DNA of 64,000 nt from Eledone cirrhosa. Its lineage: Eukaryota. Under the pieces are notes generated by a model. It did not search any database. It was not told the origin of the DNA and was given only the letters and a program-made list of their open reading frames with translations. The DNA is taken from positions 11,656,001 through 11,720,000 of the forward strand of contig OZ024747.1 of the NCBI GenBank assembly GCA_964016885.1, written 5' to 3'. A program made the translations under genes and the position numbers. This document shows, one piece after another, positions 58,378 to 64,000 of the stretch (position 1 is the first letter of the stretch; each line of letters starts with the position of its first letter).

Positions 58378-59344
58378 TGTGTGTGTGTGTGTTGGTGTGT
58401 ATGTGTGTGTGTGTTGGTGTGTATGTGTTGGTGTGTGTGTGTGTTGGTGTGTATGTGTTGGTGTGTATGTGTGTGTGTGTTGGAGTGTATGTGTTGGTGT
58501 GTATGTGTGCGTGTGTTGGTGTGTATATGTTGGTGTGTATGTGTGTGTGTGTTGGAGTGTATGTGTTGGTGTGTATGTGTGCGTGTGTTGGTGTGTATGT
58601 GTTGGTGTGTATGTGTGTGTGTGTTGGTGTGTATGTGTTGGTGTGTATGTGTGTGTGTGTTGGAGTGTATGTGTTGGTGTGTATGTGTGCGTGTGTTGGT
58701 GTGTATATGTTGGTGTGTATGTGTGTGTGTGTTGGAGTGTATGTGTTGGTGTGTATGTGTGCGTGTGTTGGTGTGTATGTGTTGGTGTGTATGTGTGTGT
58801 GTGTTGGTGTGTATGTGTTGGTGTGTATGTGTGTGTGTGTTGGTGTGTATGTGTTGGTGTGTATGTGTGTGTGTGTGTTGGTGTGTATGTGTTGGTGTGT
58901 ATGTGTTGGTGTGTATGTGTTGGTGTGTATGTGTGTGTGTGTTGGTGTGTATGTGTGTGTGTTGGTGTGTATGTGTTGGTGTGTATGTGTGTGTGTGTGT
59001 TGGTGTGTATGTGTTGGTGTGTATGTGTTGGTGTGTATGTGTGTGTTGGTGTGTATGTGTGTGTGTGTTGGTGTGTGTGTGTGTATTGGTGTGTATGTGT
59101 TAGTGTGTATGTGTGTATGTGTTGGTGTGTATGTGTGTGTGTGTTGGTGTGTATGTGTGTGTGTGTTGGTGTGTATGTGTTGGTGTGTGTGTGTTTATTG
59201 GTGTGTATGTGTTGGTGTGTATGTGTGTGTGTGTTGGTGTGTATGTGTTGGTGTGTATGTGTGTGTGTGTTGGTGTGTATGTGTTGGTGTGTATGTGTGT
59301 GTGTGTTGGTGTGCTTGCGTGTATGTATGTATGTATGTATGTAT
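58378..59344. repeat. Minisatellite GTTGGTGTGTATGT(GT)n
   Basis: Directly visible. Confidence 0.9.
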
Positions 59345-61146
59345 GTTCTGGTTTTATAATTTCACAAAGTTTTCCCAATAGAGAGAGAGTCGGTTTCTAA
59401 CATAGACACAAGACTCTCTCATTGGAATTTACACAACATCAACTAGGTAGATATGTATGTATGCATGCATGTGTAGATATGGATGTTATTGTATGTGTGG
59501 ATGTGGATGTTTTGAGTTGTATGTGTGCATGTGTATATGCTTTGTATCTGTACATGTGTATATGCAGTTATTAGATGCACATTTTTTGGAATGTTTTACA
59601 TATTTTTATTGTTCCATTAATGGATTGTACTTGTAATTTCCTAACTAGTTGTGTTCTTTCTGTTCCTGTGAAGCCTAGCTTCTCAAGATTTGTATTGAGG
59701 CAGTTACTAACATATCCCAGTGCCCCAATAATCACAGGCATACATCTGAAGGTGTAATCAGGGTGGAGTATCTGCAGATTTCTCATCAGTTCTGCATAAA
59801 TATTCTCCTTTTCACCAATCTTTGATATTATATTGGCATCTGCTGGGCAGCTAATTTCCACTACTGTGCATGTTTTCTTCTCCCTGTCCCATATCATAAT
59901 ATCTGATCTGTTATGCCTGCATTTTATTGGGGTTTTTACTGGAACATTCCACCAGTACTCTTTCATAGTATGTACATGGATGTCTTCCACATTGTTGTAG
60001 CTTTTAATGTGTTTATTATCAGGGCTTATCTTTTTTACGAACTGCATTGTACAGTGTTTTGGCCACTACATCATGCCTCATAGGTACATAGTACCGCGAT
60101 GACATCTTTGGGCAGCTGCTGATGACATGGGTGATATCCTCGATGTTAGTTCTGCAGAGTCTGCACTTGTTATCACATCTAGGTGTTTTGCCTGCATCCC
60201 TATCTCTTTTGTGAATCAGGTATTTCGTGCTAATCTCCTGTTCTTGGATTGCAAAAGCGTATCCTTCAAAGTGGGAGCCAATATAGCGGTTGTTGGTCCA
60301 AGATAGACTACTTTCCTTATCTATATTACTCTCACTTTGGAGCTTCCTGGCAACATATCCATGCATGATTTTTTGCTGATAGGCATGCAGTTTTTCATCC
60401 ATGGATTCACTGCGATACTGCTGAGCGACATCCCTGGGTGTGAGTTTTTGATTATCACACAGGGAATATCTCTCAAGTAGTTCCTTCCCAACTCTCATGA
60501 TCTTATCTGTTTCATGTAGATAGACTTGCTCGAGAAGCGGGCTCCTACGCTTCGAGGTTCGTAGATGTTGTCGGAGAGATATGATGCGATATTCAAATGT
60601 TGTCTGGACTGATGTTAGGCCTCTGCCTCCCTGCTTACGTTTCAAGTAAAGGCGGTCTATGTCACTGTTGATGTGGAAGTTTCCGGTGTTGTTCAGTATT
60701 TTTCGAGTTCCAACATCAACTGCTCGGATTTCATCTATCGTCCTATTGAGTATTCCAAACGTTGGTGTTAGGACAGGCACAGCAAACACATTGTGAGCCA
60801 CTGTTTTGTTTTGCGCAGAGAGTTCCGATGACCAGATCTTTCTTAATCGGGTGTAGTATTCCCTGGTTACGCGTTCTTTATTACAGATACCATTATAGGA
60901 TATGTTCTCATCTATCCCCAGGTATCTGTAGCAGTCCTCATCAGATATCGGTGAAACAGTTAGACCATTGATGACAATGTTGCTAGATTGGGTTGTTGTT
61001 TTTCCCCGCTTTACAGTCATGTATGAGCATTTATCTTGGCCAAACTCCATTCCTATATCCTTTGAGAACGTTGTAACCAGGTCAAGATTTTTCTTCATCC
61101 CATCCATGTTCTTGGCATAGAGTTTCAGATCGTCCACAAAGAAGTT
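59345..61146 (-). mobile_element. RLE-type non-LTR retrotransposon (R4/Dong/NeSL-like), 5'-truncated: RT C-half, CCHC finger, restriction-like endonuclease
   Basis: FVDDLKLYA, YRYLGI, RKQGGRGL, CRLC..EDITHVISSC, RHD, NRSDIMIWD..VVEISCP; one frameshift near 60020-60047 between ORFs 60019-61137 and 59571-60047. Confidence 0.92.
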
Positions 61147-61708
61147 ATGTATGTATGTATGTATGTATGTATGTATGTATGTATGTATGTATGTATGTAT
61201 GTATGTATGTATGTATGGGTGTGCCTGTGTGTGTGTATGTATGTGAGAGAGAGGTGTATGTGTGTGTGTGTTGGTGTGCTTGCGTGTATGTATGTATGTA
61301 TGTATGTATGAGTGTAGCTGTGTGTGTGCATGTATGTGAGAGAGAGATATGTATGTGTCTGTTGGTGTGCTTGCGTGTATGTATGTATGTATGGGTGTGC
61401 CTGCGTGTGTGTATGTATGAGTGTGTGTGTGTGAGAGTGAGAGAGAGATCTATGTGTACACACATGTGTATGTATGTATTATGAATATGAGTATATGTAT
61501 GTATAACTGTATGTGTATATATTGTTTCTACGTTGTGTGGCCTATGTATATAGGTATCTATATATGTACGTGTGTATGTGGATGTTTGTTTGTATGTGTG
61601 TGTGTGTATGTATGCGTGTGTGTATGTATGTATGTGTGTATGTAAGTATAACTGCATGTGTAGATATATTGGGTCTGCGCTGTGTGATATGTATATGTGT
61701 GTGTGTGT

Positions 61709-61773
<65 letters not shown>

Positions 61774-61774
61774 C

Positions 61775-61813
<39 letters not shown>

Positions 61814-61922
61814 GATATATATATATACATATATATATATACACACACATATATATATACACATATATATGTACACACACATATATACACACACATATAT
61901 ATACACATATATATACACACAC

Positions 61923-61977
<55 letters not shown>

Positions 61978-62033
61978 CACACATATATATATATATATGT
62001 GTGTGTGTGTATATATATATATATATGTGTGTG

Positions 62034-62087
<54 letters not shown>

Positions 62088-62504
62088 TTTTGACCAAGCT
62101 GGAGTAATGCCCAAACTTGAAGATTTTCAGGAAAATGTTCACCTTTCTTCACATTGAATCTGGTTTATTTATTATCCAGCAGCATTCTGTTGTTGTTGTT
62201 GTTGTTGTTGTTATTATTCTGTTACTAGTTTCCGTCATTAGACTGTGGCCATGCTGGGGCACTACCTTAATTTAGTCGAACATATTGTCCCCACTATTTA
62301 TATTTTCATGACTGGTCTGTATTTAATTGACCCCGTTTTAGTAGAACCAATGTTACGTGATATAAATACAGACAGACGTAAATCGAACGCACTTCCTTAT
62401 GATGCGACACTAACACTCTAACCATGAGGTGGTACTCCTTTACAGTGTAAAGACATAGGATTGACTGAGTGCTTAAGCTGTTCCATTTACAATAAGGGTT
62501 TCTC

Positions 62505-62692
62505 ATTTAGGCACAAAGGGGTGGGGAAGTCGATTTAATCGATCCCAGTGCATTACTGGTGCTTTATTTTATCGATCCCGTAAGGATGAAAGGCAAAGTT
62601 AACCTCGGCGGGATTTGAACTCAGAACGTAAAGGGACGTAACTATACCGTGAAGCATGGACCCCGACACTCTACCGACACTGCCAATCCACC
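62505..62692 (-). mobile_element. SINE family A
   Basis: Family A core and tRNA-like head. Confidence 0.8.
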
Positions 62693-62857
62693 TGAAATCC
62701 CGAGTTCAATCTCACTGAGTAGCATACTTGAGACGTGTTTTTTCCAACTTTGGGTCAACTCAAATTTTAAGGGTGAAACTGGGGAGATATAAGGGGTTTT
62801 ACAATCATGAGTCAAACACTAATCACACGCTTTCCCAGTATATATATATATATATAT

Positions 62858-63050
62858 AACGAAGGAAATGTGGTAAGGAACCAGGTGGACCATAACGCAC
62901 CAAAGTACTCAATACTTAGGGTAGTAGAGTGGGTAATAGGAACGAGTAGGACCCCGACGACTGAGCTCAAGCCGTTTCGACGGCTAATTCTGAGTCCGGA
63001 ATTAGCCGTCGAAACGGCTTGAGCTCAGCCGTCGGGGTCCTACTCGTTCC

Positions 63051-63051
<1 letters not shown>
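62858..63051. mobile_element. AACGAAGGAAATG family palindromic element
   Basis: Same termini as the 27313 and 44917 copies; shortest centre. Confidence 0.75.
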
Positions 63052-63099
<48 letters not shown>

Positions 63100-63319
63100 C
63101 ATATATATCCAGGGAGTGTAACTTGGAGTTATTGTAGGTTCACCCGGGTGAACACTCGATGTTTAGGTTCACTTCAGTGTCGGGGTGTAGAGCTAGACTA
63201 TATATATATATTCCAGAGTATAAGTATCTTTATCGTATATATAGAAATGACTTCTACAGGACTAGAACGGTTTCATTCGTATCAAATCACATACACACAC
63301 ATATATTTATTTATTTTAT

Positions 63320-63538
63320 TTATTTATTAAAATAACAGATTAAAGTTTAAGCAAAGAATCGCTGCTTTCACCCTTAACGGGATCTTCTGAAACTAAAAAA
63401 AAAAAAAAATCCATCTGTGGACGCAGAAGTACGGTTTTATATATTTTCATATAATATATATATATATTTTATATATATATGTATTTTATATATATATGTA
63501 TTATCATTATCGAGCCCTCCTCGGATTTTAGTCTTCAC

Positions 63539-63545
<7 letters not shown>
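63320..63545. mobile_element. CAGAAGA-hammerhead family, inverted pair (HHR 63344-63394, -)
   Basis: Reverse-complement variant HHR followed by the plus-strand 3' tail of the same family. Confidence 0.75.
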
Positions 63546-63571
<26 letters not shown>

Positions 63572-63674
63572 CGTATGTATGTGTAGATGTATGAATCAGG
63601 TGTGTGTGTGTGTTTCGATTAATGCTTCATGGATTAAGAAGAATTGTATTGCTTTCTTCAATGTCAGTACAGAC

Positions 63675-63729
<55 letters not shown>

Positions 63730-63737
63730 TTTTATAC

Positions 63738-63781
<44 letters not shown>

Positions 63782-63789
63782 GTATAAAA

Positions 63790-63831
<42 letters not shown>

Positions 63832-64000
63832 GAATAATCGAGTATCGAAAAATCGGCGCACGAGTTCACGATAAACAAAATTCGATATGAGCGGCAGAGT
63901 GCTCCATAATTTAGATAAATCAGAGCTATAACTATCGTTAAAATACCGTCACACACAGAACAAGTCTATAATCAACCGCACGATCGAAAATTTGCGATCA

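Overview
Repeat-saturated, AT-rich eukaryotic DNA. The SINE families resemble those I recall from octopod cephalopods; this is an inference, not checked. I can support no intact host gene, and nearly all ORF-track entries are translations of (TA)n, (CA)n, (GA)n, (TATG)n or trinucleotide microsatellites. Recognisable coding remnants are all transposons: a Penelope-like element (RT + GIY-YIG, 1296-4393) with inverted pseudo-LTRs, CR1/L2-group LINE fragments, an RLE-type (R4/Dong/NeSL-like) LINE, Tx1/L1-like 3' ends, RTE fragments and a decayed Buster/Charlie hAT transposase. The main signal is non-coding. The window is seeded with type I hammerhead ribozyme (HHR) motifs from about eight sequence families, nearly all embedded in (TA)n and mostly arranged as divergent inverted pairs with both 3' ends pointing outward. 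The centrepiece is a ~3.8 kb array (8255-12054) of ~12 near-identical 311-bp, highly base-paired units, each with one minimal HHR. The array flips orientation at 9885/9886 and looks like a retrozyme-type circular RNA copied by rolling-circle reverse transcription from both ends of a (TA)n break. One family has a fixed non-canonical core (CAGAAGA). Two LINE families appear to target specific microsatellites. All structures were folded by eye, and no activity or novelty has been verified.
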